This document shows positions 9,634 to 18,856 of a stretch of 64,000 nucleotides of DNA, in pieces. Where the stretch lies: positions 96,001-160,000 of the forward strand of contig JBBIIG010000002.1 in the NCBI GenBank assembly GCA_037446635.1, read 5' to 3'. This stretch comes from a bacterium (GTDB lineage Bacteria; Zhuqueibacterota; Zhuqueibacteria; Oceanimicrobiales; Oceanimicrobiaceae). Both the position numbers and the translations under genes were made by a program. The notes under the pieces are model-generated. The model saw nothing but the letters and a program-made list of their open reading frames with translations, did no database searches and was not told the origin of the DNA. Numbering within the stretch: the first letter of the stretch is position 1; the number at the start of each line of letters is the position of its first letter.

Positions 9634-10467
9634 ATGAATATTACTCTTAAACAGCGCAGCGTTTTGCCCGGCTTCGGTCTCAGCCTCGGCTACGCGCTTT
9701 TTTATCTCAGCCTGATCGTGCTCCTCCCGCTTTCCGGAATTTTCCTGAAAACCATGAGCCTGACATGGGGAGAATTCTGGGCTGCGGTGACCTCGCCGCG
9801 CGTGCTGGCTTCGTACCGGCTCACTTTCGGCGCTGCATTCGCCGCCGCCCTCGTTAATGGCCTCTTTGGGCTTTTAGTGGCGTGGGTGCTGGTGCGCTAC
9901 CATTTCCCCGGCCGAAAAATTTTAGACGCGCTGGTGGATTTGCCGTTTGCCCTGCCGACCGCGGTGGCGGGCATCAGCCTCACCGCCCTCTACAGCAGCA
10001 CCGGCTGGGTCGGACGTTATCTCGATGCTGTCGGAATCAAAGCTGCGTTCAGTCCGCTGGGCGTGATGATCGCGCTGACCTTCATCGGGCTGCCGTTCGT
10101 GGTGCGCACGGTGCAGCCGGTGCTCGAAGATCTCGACGCCGAAGTCGAAGAAGCGGCGATGAGTTTGGGCGCCACGCGCTGGCAGATTTTCTACAAAATT
10201 ATTTTCCCAACGTTGACGCCGGCGCTGCTCACCGGTTTCGCGCAGGCGTTTGCGCGAGCGTTGGGCGAGTACGGCTCGGTGGTGTTTATCTCCGGCAACA
10301 TGCCGATGAAAACCGAAATCACCGCCCTGCTGATCATGACCAAATTGGAGCAGTACGATTACGCCGGCGCGACCGCCATCGCCGTGGTGATGCTGACGGC
10401 GTCGTTTGCGCTGCTGTTCGTCATCAATATTTTGCAGTGGTGGAGCCGCCGGCGGCGCGGCGCTTGA
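9634..10467 (+). CDS. cysT: Sulfate ABC permease CysT
   Basis: VLPGFGL, DLPFALPTAVAG, EEAA loop, GEYGSV. Confidence 0.95.
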   Translation: MNITLKQRSVLPGFGLSLGYALFYLSLIVLLPLSGIFLKTMSLTWGEFWAAVTSPRVLASYRLTFGAAFAAALVNGLFGLLVAWVLVRYHFPGRKILDALVDLPFALPTAVAGISLTALYSSTGWVGRYLDAVGIKAAFSPLGVMIALTFIGLPFVVRTVQPVLEDLDAEVEEAAMSLGATRWQIFYKIIFPTLTPALLTGFAQAFARALGEYGSVVFISGNMPMKTEITALLIMTKLEQYDYAGATAIAVVMLTASFALLFVINILQWWSRRRRGA

Positions 10468-10593
10468 ACCACGAATTTCACGAATTACACTCATGTGAAT
10501 TTAATCCAACACCGTTTGCAACGGTGTTTCGGCAAGTCATATTCAAGACAAATTCACCGTTTCAAACGGTGAAGGATCACAACAAAGGCTAAC

Positions 10594-11442
10594 ATGAAAT
10601 TGTCCGAATCTTCTGTTTCTGCTAAGTCCCAGCGCGCCACAACCGAGCCGCGGTGGGTGCGCTGGCTGCTCATCGGCCTCGTACTTTTGTTTATGGGACT
10701 CTTCCTGTTTTTGCCGCTGACCGCGGTGTTTGTTTACGCCTTTGAAAAAGGCGCGGACGTGTACTTCGGCGCCATCCGCGAGCCGGACGCGCTCTCCGCG
10801 ATCAAATTGACACTGATAACCGCCGGCGCCTCCATCGTCCTCAATTTAATTTTTGGAATCGCTGCGGCGTGGGCCATCGCCAAATTTGAGTTTGCGGGAA
10901 AGAATTTTTTGATCACGCTGATCGACTTGCCGTTCGCGGTGTCGCCGGTGATTTCAGGTTTGATCTTCGTGCTGTTGTTTGGCGCGCACGGGCTTATCGG
11001 GCCGTGGCTGATCGATCTCGGGGTCAAGATTATTTTTGCGGCGCCGGGCATTGTGCTGGCCACGGTGTTTGTCACCTTTCCGTTCGTGGCGCGCGAATTG
11101 ATCCCCCTGATGCAGGCGCAGGGGACGGAGGAAGAGGAGGCGGCGCTGGTGTTGGGCGCCAACGGCTGGCAGACGTTTTTCCGGGTGACGCTGCCCAACA
11201 TCAAATGGGGATTGTTGTACGGAGTGATTCTTTGCAATGCGCGGGCGATGGGTGAGTTTGGCGCGGTGTCGGTGGTGTCGGGGCACATTCGCGGTTTAAC
11301 GAACACCTTGCCGCTGCACGTCGAAATTTTGTATAATGAATACAACTTCGCCGCCGCGTTTGCGGTGGCGTCGATGCTGGCTTTGCTTGCGCTGGTAACG
11401 CTGGCGGCGAAGAGCATCGTCGAGTGGAAAAGTAAGACATAA
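10594..11442 (+). CDS. cysW: Sulfate ABC permease CysW
   Basis: [34 protein letters not shown]. Confidence 0.95.
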   Translation: MKLSESSVSAKSQRATTEPRWVRWLLIGLVLLFMGLFLFLPLTAVFVYAFEKGADVYFGAIREPDALSAIKLTLITAGASIVLNLIFGIAAAWAIAKFEFAGKNFLITLIDLPFAVSPVISGLIFVLLFGAHGLIGPWLIDLGVKIIFAAPGIVLATVFVTFPFVARELIPLMQAQGTEEEEAALVLGANGWQTFFRVTLPNIKWGLLYGVILCNARAMGEFGAVSVVSGHIRGLTNTLPLHVEILYNEYNFAAAFAVASMLALLALVTLAAKSIVEWKSKT

Positions 11443-11673
11443 TTGGGACGCGGATTGCGCAGATGAACGCAGATTTTTACTTGCTCGTTCGGGATTTAAA
11501 ATCCCAAGCGCGAATTCACTCATTCCCACGCTCTGCGTGGGAATGCATTGTTTGCGAAGCTCTGCTTCGCAAAGAGCAAGCGGTGCTTTGCGTTACATTT
11601 GTCGTTCTCAAGTAAAACTTGGGAAAACGGACTCGTTTTCTCATCTGCGTTAATCTGTGTCATCTGCGTCCAA
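11443..11673. repeat. Nested REP-like elements
   Basis: Outer inverted arms CGCAGATGAACGCAGAT / ATCTGCGTTAATCTGTGTCATCTGCG; inner hairpins CATTCCCACGC-TCT-GCGTGGGAATG and TTTGCGAAGC-TCT-GCTTCGCAAA. Confidence 0.75.
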
Positions 11674-11687
11674 TAAAAAGGAAAATC

Positions 11688-12764
11688 ATGAGCATCGAAA
11701 TTCGCAACATCACCAAAACGTTCGGCGCGTTCACGGCGCTGAAAAACGTTAGCCTCAGCATTCCCACCGGTGAACTCGTGGCGCTGCTCGGCCCTTCGGG
11801 CTGCGGCAAAACCACCCTGCTGCGCATCATCGCCGGCCTGGAGGTGGCGGACAGCGGCGACATTCTCTTCGAGGGCGAAAACGTCGCCGCCCGCAGTGTG
11901 CGCGAACGCCATGTCGGGTTCGTCTTTCAGCACTACGCGCTCTTTCGCCACATGAGCGTGTTTGAAAACGTGGCCTTCGGACTCGACGTCCGGCCGCGCC
12001 GCTCGCGGCCGGCGAAAGATGAAATCCGCGCGAAAGTTCACTCGCTGCTCAAAATGGTGCAGCTCGAACATTTCGCCGATCGCTATCCTTCGCAGCTTTC
12101 CGGCGGACAACGTCAGCGGGTGGCGTTGGCGCGTGCGCTGGCCGTCGAGCCGAAAGTGCTGCTGCTCGACGAGCCCTTCGGCGCCCTCGACGCCAAAGTG
12201 CGCCAGGAGCTGCGGCGCTGGCTGCGGCGGCTGCACGACGAGCTGCACATCACCAGTGTCTTCGTCACCCACGATCAGGAAGAGGCGATGGAAGTGTCCG
12301 ATTACATCGTCGTGATGAATCAGGGGAAGGTCGAGCAGATGGGCACCCCCGAGCAGGTTTACCACGATCCCGCCACGCCGTTCGTTTATGATTTTCTCGG
12401 CAATTTCAATTTATTTCACGGCCGGGTTTCGGAGGGTAAATTTCGAATGGGCGACTTGACGATCGATTTGCCGGCCAGCGCCAACTCTGAGTTGGAAAGC
12501 GCGATCATTCGTGTGCGGCCGCATCTTTTGGACATCGCCCACGAATCGCCCGAGGGCAATCACTTTCGCGCGCGGGTGGCGCACATCAATCCCGCCGGGC
12601 CGATCGTGAAAGTGGAATTGCTGAGCGAATGGGGCGACACAATTCAAGTGGAATTGACGCAGGAGCGCTACGATGCGCTGCAATTGAAAAAAGACGCCGC
12701 GGTGTTTGTCTTTCCGAAGCGCAAGCGGATTACGATGTGGGAGGGGGAAGGCACAGGCAAGTAA
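11688..12764 (+). CDS. cysA: Sulfate ABC ATP-binding protein CysA
   Basis: [31 protein letters not shown]-like tail. Confidence 0.95.
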   Translation: MSIEIRNITKTFGAFTALKNVSLSIPTGELVALLGPSGCGKTTLLRIIAGLEVADSGDILFEGENVAARSVRERHVGFVFQHYALFRHMSVFENVAFGLDVRPRRSRPAKDEIRAKVHSLLKMVQLEHFADRYPSQLSGGQRQRVALARALAVEPKVLLLDEPFGALDAKVRQELRRWLRRLHDELHITSVFVTHDQEEAMEVSDYIVVMNQGKVEQMGTPEQVYHDPATPFVYDFLGNFNLFHGRVSEGKFRMGDLTIDLPASANSELESAIIRVRPHLLDIAHESPEGNHFRARVAHINPAGPIVKVELLSEWGDTIQVELTQERYDALQLKKDAAVFVFPKRKRITMWEGEGTGK

Positions 12765-12806
12765 TATCAGGGGGCGGTTCATCGAGGCTTACCTCCACCG
12801 AAAATT

Positions 12807-13202
12807 TCATTTTGTTTTTACGATGATTCTCTTTGTAACCCATTCCGCTAATTCATCTCTCGATATTTTCCCATCTGCCAACTGCAAAAACAAACGTTCC
12901 TGTTCGTCAACAGATGCCTCAATCTCGTATCCGTTCAGCAAAAGGAAAATTTCCATAGCTGCATGGGCAACTCTTTTGTTGCCATCTACAAATGGATGAT
13001 TCATTGCAAGAGAATGTGCCAAGGCCGCTGCTTTCTCGGGTAGAGTGAGATATAGATCTTTCTGCCCGAATGTCATTTGTGGTTGTGCCAGCGCTGATTC
13101 TAATGCCGCCATATCTCTGACTCCGTGTGCGCTGCCTGATTGCGCAATGATCTGACGATGAAGTTCTAATACTTGAAAGAGTGATAGAAATTTCATGTTC
13201 AA
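12807..13202 (-). CDS. Doc/Fic-family (death-on-curing) toxin
   Basis: HPFVDGNKR, G.RD...LESAL..P, KAAAL. Confidence 0.9.
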   Translation of the reverse strand: MNMKFLSLFQVLELHRQIIAQSGSAHGVRDMAALESALAQPQMTFGQKDLYLTLPEKAAALAHSLAMNHPFVDGNKRVAHAAMEIFLLLNGYEIEASVDEQERLFLQLADGKISRDELAEWVTKRIIVKTK

Positions 13203-13400
13203 CTAAGCAAGCCGTTTGTAGAGTTCGGCGTTTTTCTTGAGCACGTATTGCATGGCATCCGTGAAATCTGAGTCTAGATTTGCTAATTTCTCTTGCAAGC
13301 TCGTCAGCAAAAATTCTTCGGGTTTGACCCCGATTTTTTCAGACGCATCTCTTAACTGCTCCGCCGTTTCTTCGGGCAAAGTGAGGGTGATTTGTTCCAT
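13203..13400 (-). CDS. Putative antitoxin of the Doc module (RHH-like)
   Basis: 65 aa, MEQITLTLPEE..., ends KNAELYKRLA, abuts the toxin. Confidence 0.8.
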   Translation of the reverse strand: MEQITLTLPEETAEQLRDASEKIGVKPEEFLLTSLQEKLANLDSDFTDAMQYVLKKNAELYKRLA

Positions 13401-13404
13401 GGTT

Positions 13405-13539
13405 TTAAACCTCTTTTGGTGAAGAATGAATGAAGCCGAGGCTGTCGCGTTCGCCGTGCCAGCAATCATCAATGTTGATGTAGAGATAGCCGGCGTCTTT
13501 CATGCCGAAGGCAACCATCGCGTCGGCGGTCTCGTGGAA
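13405..13539 (-). pseudogene. GH27 alpha-galactosidase fragment
   Basis: Hand translation: FHETADAMVAFGMKDAGYLYINIDDCWHGERDSLGFIH. Confidence 0.75.
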
Positions 13540-13553
13540 GGTCTTTCTTTGAA

Positions 13554-13742
13554 TCAAATCTTTCTTAGTTGGTGCTCTTTAAAATATCCGACTGCACCAT
13601 CATCAAACCAGACCATAACATCGTCATCTTCATAACCAAGTCCCGCTGGCTGTTGCGCTTTTCCTGTTTTGCCCAGCATATATTTTAAGGTTTTTGGCTG
13701 CTTTTTTTGGCTCCCATTCAAATTCCATTGCAAATAATACAA
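13554..13742 (-). other. Small chimeric or remnant ORF region with a BrnT-like N-terminal fragment
   Basis: Alternate frame from ATG 13728 reads MEFEWEPKKAAKNLK; the 62-aa track ORF is unassigned. Confidence 0.45.
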
Positions 13743-13806
13743 ATTATTTCTGAAGCACGCAACTCTACAGATGTGTGATCATCTGAAACTGGCAGCCATT
13801 CTATTA

Positions 13807-15075
13807 TCATTTCTCAAGCGCCTCCACCCTCACGATAGTGATATCATCCGCGGCCGGCTGCTCGCCCATAAAAGCCAGCACATCGTCCAGCAGGCTCTGC
13901 GCTGTGGCCGAAGAACTGCTGACATAACGAAGTAAGCGCGCTTCACTGTACTCTTCCAATGAAGAATTCCGCGCTTCGATGACGCCATCTGAGTAGAGGA
14001 ACAACCGGCTTCCTTGAGCCATCTCCAGCTCATATTCAGCGTAGCTCCCCTCTTTGATCCCCAGCGGCAGCTCCGGCTTAACCTTAATGACGCGCACCCC
14101 GTTCGCATCAACCAGAATGGGCGGGAGGTGTCCCGCGTTGGCAAAAGTGATGGTACGGCGGTCGGGGTCAACGACGGCATAAATCACAGTAACAAATTTG
14201 GCGGTGGGCAGGTCTGCAGTAAGCACTCGGTTGACGCGGGAGAGCACGGCGCCCGGCGATCCTCCTTTTTCAGCGTGCAGGCGAAGAATACTGCGGGTGG
14301 AAGCCATCAGCAGTGCGGCCCCGACCCCTTTCCCAGCCACGTCGCCCAATACCACCGCGACTCTTCCGGAAGGAAGCGGGATGTAGTCGTACCAGTCGCC
14401 GCCCACTGCAAGGCACGGCTGCGACAACCCTGAAATTCGAAAACGCGGGAGCTCCGGAGCGTGTTCCGGGAACAACCGGGACTGAATGGTGCGCGCCTCC
14501 GCCAACTCCTGCACCATGCGCTCTTTCTCGATGCGCTCGCGCTCGAACAGGCGGGCGTTCTCGATAGCGGTGCCGATGTGTCCCGCCAGCGCTTCGAGGA
14601 GTTGCAGGCGGTGCGGCGGGAAGGCGTCGAGCTCTGCGTGTTGCGCATTGAAAACGCCAATGACTCGGCCGTATGATTTTATGGGGATATCAACCTCCGA
14701 GTGCGTGGAGGCCTCGCTCACCATGTAATAGGGATTCCTGGTCACGTCCGGGGCGTAGCAAGTTTCGCCCGTCACAGCCACGTGCCCAGTCATGCCCATT
14801 GGAATTTTGAAGCGCTCGCCCTTGACGTGGTAACAAGAGGTCCAACCGCGAACGGCGGCGATGACCAGTTCATGAGTTGCTTCGTCAACGAGCAGAACGG
14901 CCGAGCGCGTATAGCCAAAAGTCTCCGCGACGTCAACGACAATCTGCTCCAGCAGCGCGTCGAGATCCAGTATGGAGCTGATTCGCTGGGTCACCCGCTG
15001 GAGCAGCATAAAATCCTGAATTTGAGATTGCTGTTCCTGGAGAGACTCTCTGGGCGCCGTAGTTTCGTTCATCAT
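13807..15075 (-). CDS. GAF + PP2C (SpoIIE/RsbU-type) phosphatase
   Basis: GAF region ending AIENARL; VGGDWYD, GDVAGKG, NAGH, YSDG, DDIT. Confidence 0.92.
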   Translation of the reverse strand: MMNETTAPRESLQEQQSQIQDFMLLQRVTQRISSILDLDALLEQIVVDVAETFGYTRSAVLLVDEATHELVIAAVRGWTSCYHVKGERFKIPMGMTGHVAVTGETCYAPDVTRNPYYMVSEASTHSEVDIPIKSYGRVIGVFNAQHAELDAFPPHRLQLLEALAGHIGTAIENARLFERERIEKERMVQELAEARTIQSRLFPEHAPELPRFRISGLSQPCLAVGGDWYDYIPLPSGRVAVVLGDVAGKGVGAALLMASTRSILRLHAEKGGSPGAVLSRVNRVLTADLPTAKFVTVIYAVVDPDRRTITFANAGHLPPILVDANGVRVIKVKPELPLGIKEGSYAEYELEMAQGSRLFLYSDGVIEARNSSLEEYSEARLLRYVSSSSATAQSLLDDVLAFMGEQPAADDITIVRVEALEK

Positions 15076-15413
15076 TTTCCTCTAAAGGCAGGGGCCTTTT
15101 TGTCGTGTTGCATGGGTTTACGACTTTCTCCGAAGTGAAGTTACCTGAAGCCAGTTTCAGCCGCTGCAGGATTTCAGACTGATAAAAGCGATATTTTGAA
15201 GATGGCCTTGACCTGTCTGCAAATCAAGATAATTAGCCCGAGAAGCCAATGCAACGCATCTTTTAAACAGCCGTTAAGCACTAATAATAATAAAATAAAC
15301 TACGAAGCACACGAAGGGCACGAAGTGGAAATTGATAAATTTCACTGTGGAGCTTGCTTTAACTTTCGCGCCCTTGGTGGTAGAGCGAGAAGCAACATTT
15401 TCATAAAATTCTG

Positions 15414-15442
15414 TTGACAATCTTGCTTCGTTTTCGTACTAA
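15414..15442 (+). promoter_or_regulatory. Sigma-70 promoter
   Basis: TTGACA-N17-TACTAA. Confidence 0.45.
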
Positions 15443-15577
15443 GATTGGGCAACGCAACCGGAAATGTCCCTTCCTTCAAAGACAAATTACGGTCAATTAT
15501 AAAAACTCTTTAAAAACTGAGACTTAATCTCGGTGCCAGAGACGATGATGAACAAAACACATTGGGTTTGGTAAACT

Positions 15578-16141
15578 GTGGCGCGAGTAAGAAGCTATCA
15601 AAAACACATTGCCTGTTTGGAATCCCTTTGGAACCAGGATATCGAAAACCGTCTTACAGTCGTGCCCATTTTGGAGCTGGTCACCAAAGTCGATCACCTG
15701 AAGTTCATTTATTTGACCTGCAACACCAGCGAGGAACTGTACTACAATCTGCGCAAGCTCAAGCGAAAACGCGCTTACGGTATTCTCTACCTTTCATTTC
15801 ATGGCCGGCGCGGCGAGATTGTTCTCGATGAAAAGCCCATCGATTTGGAAACGCTGGCGGAGTTGATGGGGCGTGGTTTCACCGATTGGGTGGTGCACTT
15901 CGGAACCTGTGCCACTATCAACGTGGAGAAGCAGCGCATCATGGAGTTCATCAACAAAACCAACGTGTCACTGGTGCTGGGCTATAAAATCGACGTGCCG
16001 TGGATCGAAAGCGCGGCGCTGGATATTCTGCTGTTCGACTGGCTGCAGTCCTACAAAGACATGCGGCGCTTCTGGTACAACTTCCGCAAACGCCACGCCG
16101 ATTTGATCTCGCTTACGGGGTTGACGGCGTTTCACCGGTAG
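15578..16141 (+). CDS. Conserved hypothetical protein, DUF6642-like (caspase/CHAT-like HG...C dyad)
   Basis: IACLE..W, ILYLSFHG, VHFGTC, GY...V.W.ES. Confidence 0.65.
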   Translation: MARVRSYQKHIACLESLWNQDIENRLTVVPILELVTKVDHLKFIYLTCNTSEELYYNLRKLKRKRAYGILYLSFHGRRGEIVLDEKPIDLETLAELMGRGFTDWVVHFGTCATINVEKQRIMEFINKTNVSLVLGYKIDVPWIESAALDILLFDWLQSYKDMRRFWYNFRKRHADLISLTGLTAFHR

Positions 16142-16260
16142 CGCTGCGGACGCATTTCACTTGGCAAAGCCGCCGAGGCTATAGGCCTGGCGACGAAATG
16201 GAAAATGCTACAAGTGCTGGCCAAGCGTCACGCGCCACTCAACTATTCCGCCCTTTTCGA

Positions 16261-18684
16261 TTATTGCCGGCCAATAACCTCCGGATAGGTCCCGGGAATC
16301 ATCAGCGGCAGAGGGCGGCCGGGACTCTCACTGAGCAGCCGGATAAATTTCAAAAACGGATCGTTCTCACTTTTCGCTGAGACGGGCGAAAGCCGTTCGC
16401 GCAAATTCAGCCAGCCTTTGCTGCGGGGAGTTTCGATGATCTCCACTTCGTCGCCGGGGCGAATTCCGGCTGCTTTTTGGGCGATGGCGATGGCCGTCAG
16501 CAATCCGCCAATTTCATCCACCAGCCCCATCTCCTTGCCGCGCTGTCCGGAATAGACCCGGCCTTCGGCGATCTCGCGGACTTTTTCTTCCGGTAAACTT
16601 CTCCCCGCGGCCACTTTCTGCACAAACATATCATAATATTTTTTGATGCTGCGTTCCGCCAGCGCGCGTTCTTCTTCATTGAGATTGCGCGCCGGCACCT
16701 GCAAGTTCAGGAACGGCAGCGTGACGCCGCGCCCCAGATCGGCGTGCTCGCCGCGTTTGACGAGATCGGAGGCCATGCCGGCTTTTTCGCTGAAGCCTTT
16801 GTCGTACAGCCAGCCGCCAATCACGCCAATGGAGCCAGTGACGGTGGTCGCTCCGGCCACAATAGTATCGGCGTACATAGAAATCCAGTAGCCGCCGGAG
16901 CCGGCCACCTGCCCTTGTGAGACCATCACCGGCTTGCGCTCGCTGCAGGTTTTGAGCGCTTCGGCCACCAGGTCGCTGGCCAGGGCGTCGCCGCCGGGGG
17001 AGTCCACCCGGAAGACCACGGCCTTCACCGAGTTATCTTTCGCTAAATTCAAAAACACCCGTTCCAGCCAGCGGGCGCGGATGCCTTCATCCATAGCGCA
17101 GACGCCGAGTCCATAGACCACGGCGATTTTCGGCGGCTCGCCCCAGTTTTGCTGAGGAACCGCGTTCGCTAAAAGTCGCTGCGGCGGCAGACTTTTTTTT
17201 CTGCGGCCGGTCAGGTTTTTGATGATGTCGTCGAGCTGCGACCAGCGGCCCAGCGTATCCACCAACCCCAACTGCAGCGCCTGCTCCGGCAGAATGAAAC
17301 TTTCGTCATCAATAATTTCATCAAATTTTTGGGCGCTGAACTCTCTGGCTGCGCAGACCTCGGCGCGAGTGAGCTCGTACAGATCGTCCACGTAATCCTG
17401 CAACTGCTCGCGGTCGGCGTCGGACATGGAATCGCGGCTGAGAATTTCCGCCGCGGATTTATATTTGAAATAGCGCCACTCGTCGAAACCCAGTCCCAAT
17501 TTTTCCAGCGTGCCTTTGAAATAAGTTTTGCCCAGCGCGTACCCCTGCAGCCAGAGCGAGCCCTGCGGATCGAGGACAATTTTGTCCGCAATACTTGCCA
17601 GGTGATACGAGGTCATGTCGCCAACATCGATGAAGACGACAATTTTCTTACCGGCTTGCTGCGCGGCTCGCAGCGCTTCGCGGATTTCCCAGGCGTGTTC
17701 GGGACGCACTTTCATGGCGGAGAGATTGAGCGCCAGCGCCGCCACTCGCGGATCCTCCGCAGCGGCTTCGATGTTGTGGAGAATGTCGAGCAGAGGCAGG
17801 GCGTCGTCATCAAACAGAACGTATTTCAAATGCTCGACCCGGCCTTTTAAATTGAACGGCGTGTAGCTGCCGCCTTTACCAAATGTTGTTTGAACGAAGC
17901 TGGGTTTCATGCCGCCGACCCGCAGCGCGTAGGTCTGAAAATCGTGATCGCCCCCGTCATCAAAATGGGATTGCGACGCCACCCTGCTGGCGCCAAAATT
18001 AAGACTCAGTCCCAGCGTGAAGGCGTCGGATTTAAAATAGCGCCCCACGAAATGGACGCCAGACAGCACCTCCAGCGCGGCGCCGGCGCTCCACTCCGCG
18101 TCTTTGATCGCGACGCCGTTTTGCAGCGCGGCGTCGGCAAACAGCGTGAGTTTTGGCCAACCAAATGGCCGCAAGCCAATCTCCCCCACCCCTTCGCGGC
18201 TGCTGCTTTCCAGAGAAAAATTGCCGGTGAGTCCGAAAGATAATCCGGGCGCAGGACGAAGAATCGCGCCCACCGCCAGCAATTTTTCCCGGGTCAACGC
18301 GTCGAAGCGGCCAGCGGACCAACCGTAGGCCAGTCCAACTGCCGCGGCGCGGGTGCCCCAGCCGGTGGCGAGCCGGAAATCGGTGACGCCGATGCCGCCA
18401 AATTTTTGACGCTGAATTGAAAATCCCAAATGCGGGACGCCGGCAAATACGCCCCAATCATTAAGAGAGGCCAGATCGGAGCCGTCGGTGGACCACAGGA
18501 AATTGAGCTCGGGATTTGGCAGCAGCGAAATGCTCGCGGGATTGGCGAACCCCAGCAGGCCGTTTTGAAACGCGGCCGGCGGCGCGAATAGAAAGCGGCT
18601 GCGAGTGTAGTAGTCGGGAAGGGGCTGGGCGAAAACGTCAGTAGCGAATGCGATCGCAAAAAATGCGTTTAACCAAAGTTTCAT
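16261..18684 (-). CDS. sppA: Signal peptide peptidase SppA (S49) with N-terminal beta-barrel-like domain
   Basis: Two S49 repeats, KYKSAAE, RVDSPGG, AGSGGY, TGSIGV, GRVYSG; N-terminal NPA motif and amphipathic strands. Confidence 0.9.
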   Translation of the reverse strand: MKLWLNAFFAIAFATDVFAQPLPDYYTRSRFLFAPPAAFQNGLLGFANPASISLLPNPELNFLWSTDGSDLASLNDWGVFAGVPHLGFSIQRQKFGGIGVTDFRLATGWGTRAAAVGLAYGWSAGRFDALTREKLLAVGAILRPAPGLSFGLTGNFSLESSSREGVGEIGLRPFGWPKLTLFADAALQNGVAIKDAEWSAGAALEVLSGVHFVGRYFKSDAFTLGLSLNFGASRVASQSHFDDGGDHDFQTYALRVGGMKPSFVQTTFGKGGSYTPFNLKGRVEHLKYVLFDDDALPLLDILHNIEAAAEDPRVAALALNLSAMKVRPEHAWEIREALRAAQQAGKKIVVFIDVGDMTSYHLASIADKIVLDPQGSLWLQGYALGKTYFKGTLEKLGLGFDEWRYFKYKSAAEILSRDSMSDADREQLQDYVDDLYELTRAEVCAAREFSAQKFDEIIDDESFILPEQALQLGLVDTLGRWSQLDDIIKNLTGRRKKSLPPQRLLANAVPQQNWGEPPKIAVVYGLGVCAMDEGIRARWLERVFLNLAKDNSVKAVVFRVDSPGGDALASDLVAEALKTCSERKPVMVSQGQVAGSGGYWISMYADTIVAGATTVTGSIGVIGGWLYDKGFSEKAGMASDLVKRGEHADLGRGVTLPFLNLQVPARNLNEEERALAERSIKKYYDMFVQKVAAGRSLPEEKVREIAEGRVYSGQRGKEMGLVDEIGGLLTAIAIAQKAAGIRPGDEVEIIETPRSKGWLNLRERLSPVSAKSENDPFLKFIRLLSESPGRPLPLMIPGTYPEVIGRQ

Positions 18685-18718
18685 TTGTCCTCCCAAAGTT
18701 TTAAGCTATTAGAGGTCG

Positions 18719-18856
18719 GCTATCAGCTTTCAGCCAAAAACTCAAGCCTTGCATGACTGTCCGGATCAAACACCGTCTGAGACGGTGTTTGATTAGCAAT
18801 GTGCTGAGTATCGGTGAAACCGGCTGATCGCTGAAAGCTAATCGCTGATAGCTAAC
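18719..18856. repeat. Inverted heptamer tracts (GCTNTCA / TGANAGC) around a 13-bp hairpin
   Basis: GCTATCAGCTTTCAGCC...GGCTGATCGCTGAAAGCTAATCGCTGATAGC; ATCAAACACCGTC-TGA-GACGGTGTTTGAT. Confidence 0.7.

Noticed and set aside
11619..11687. N-terminal extension of CysA (and of the DHS-like protein, 59866-59976)
   Set aside because: The extensions are translated repeat DNA; RBS-supported starts lie downstream.
15443..15577. Riboswitch in the leader of the DUF6642-like gene
   Set aside because: No recognisable aptamer consensus.
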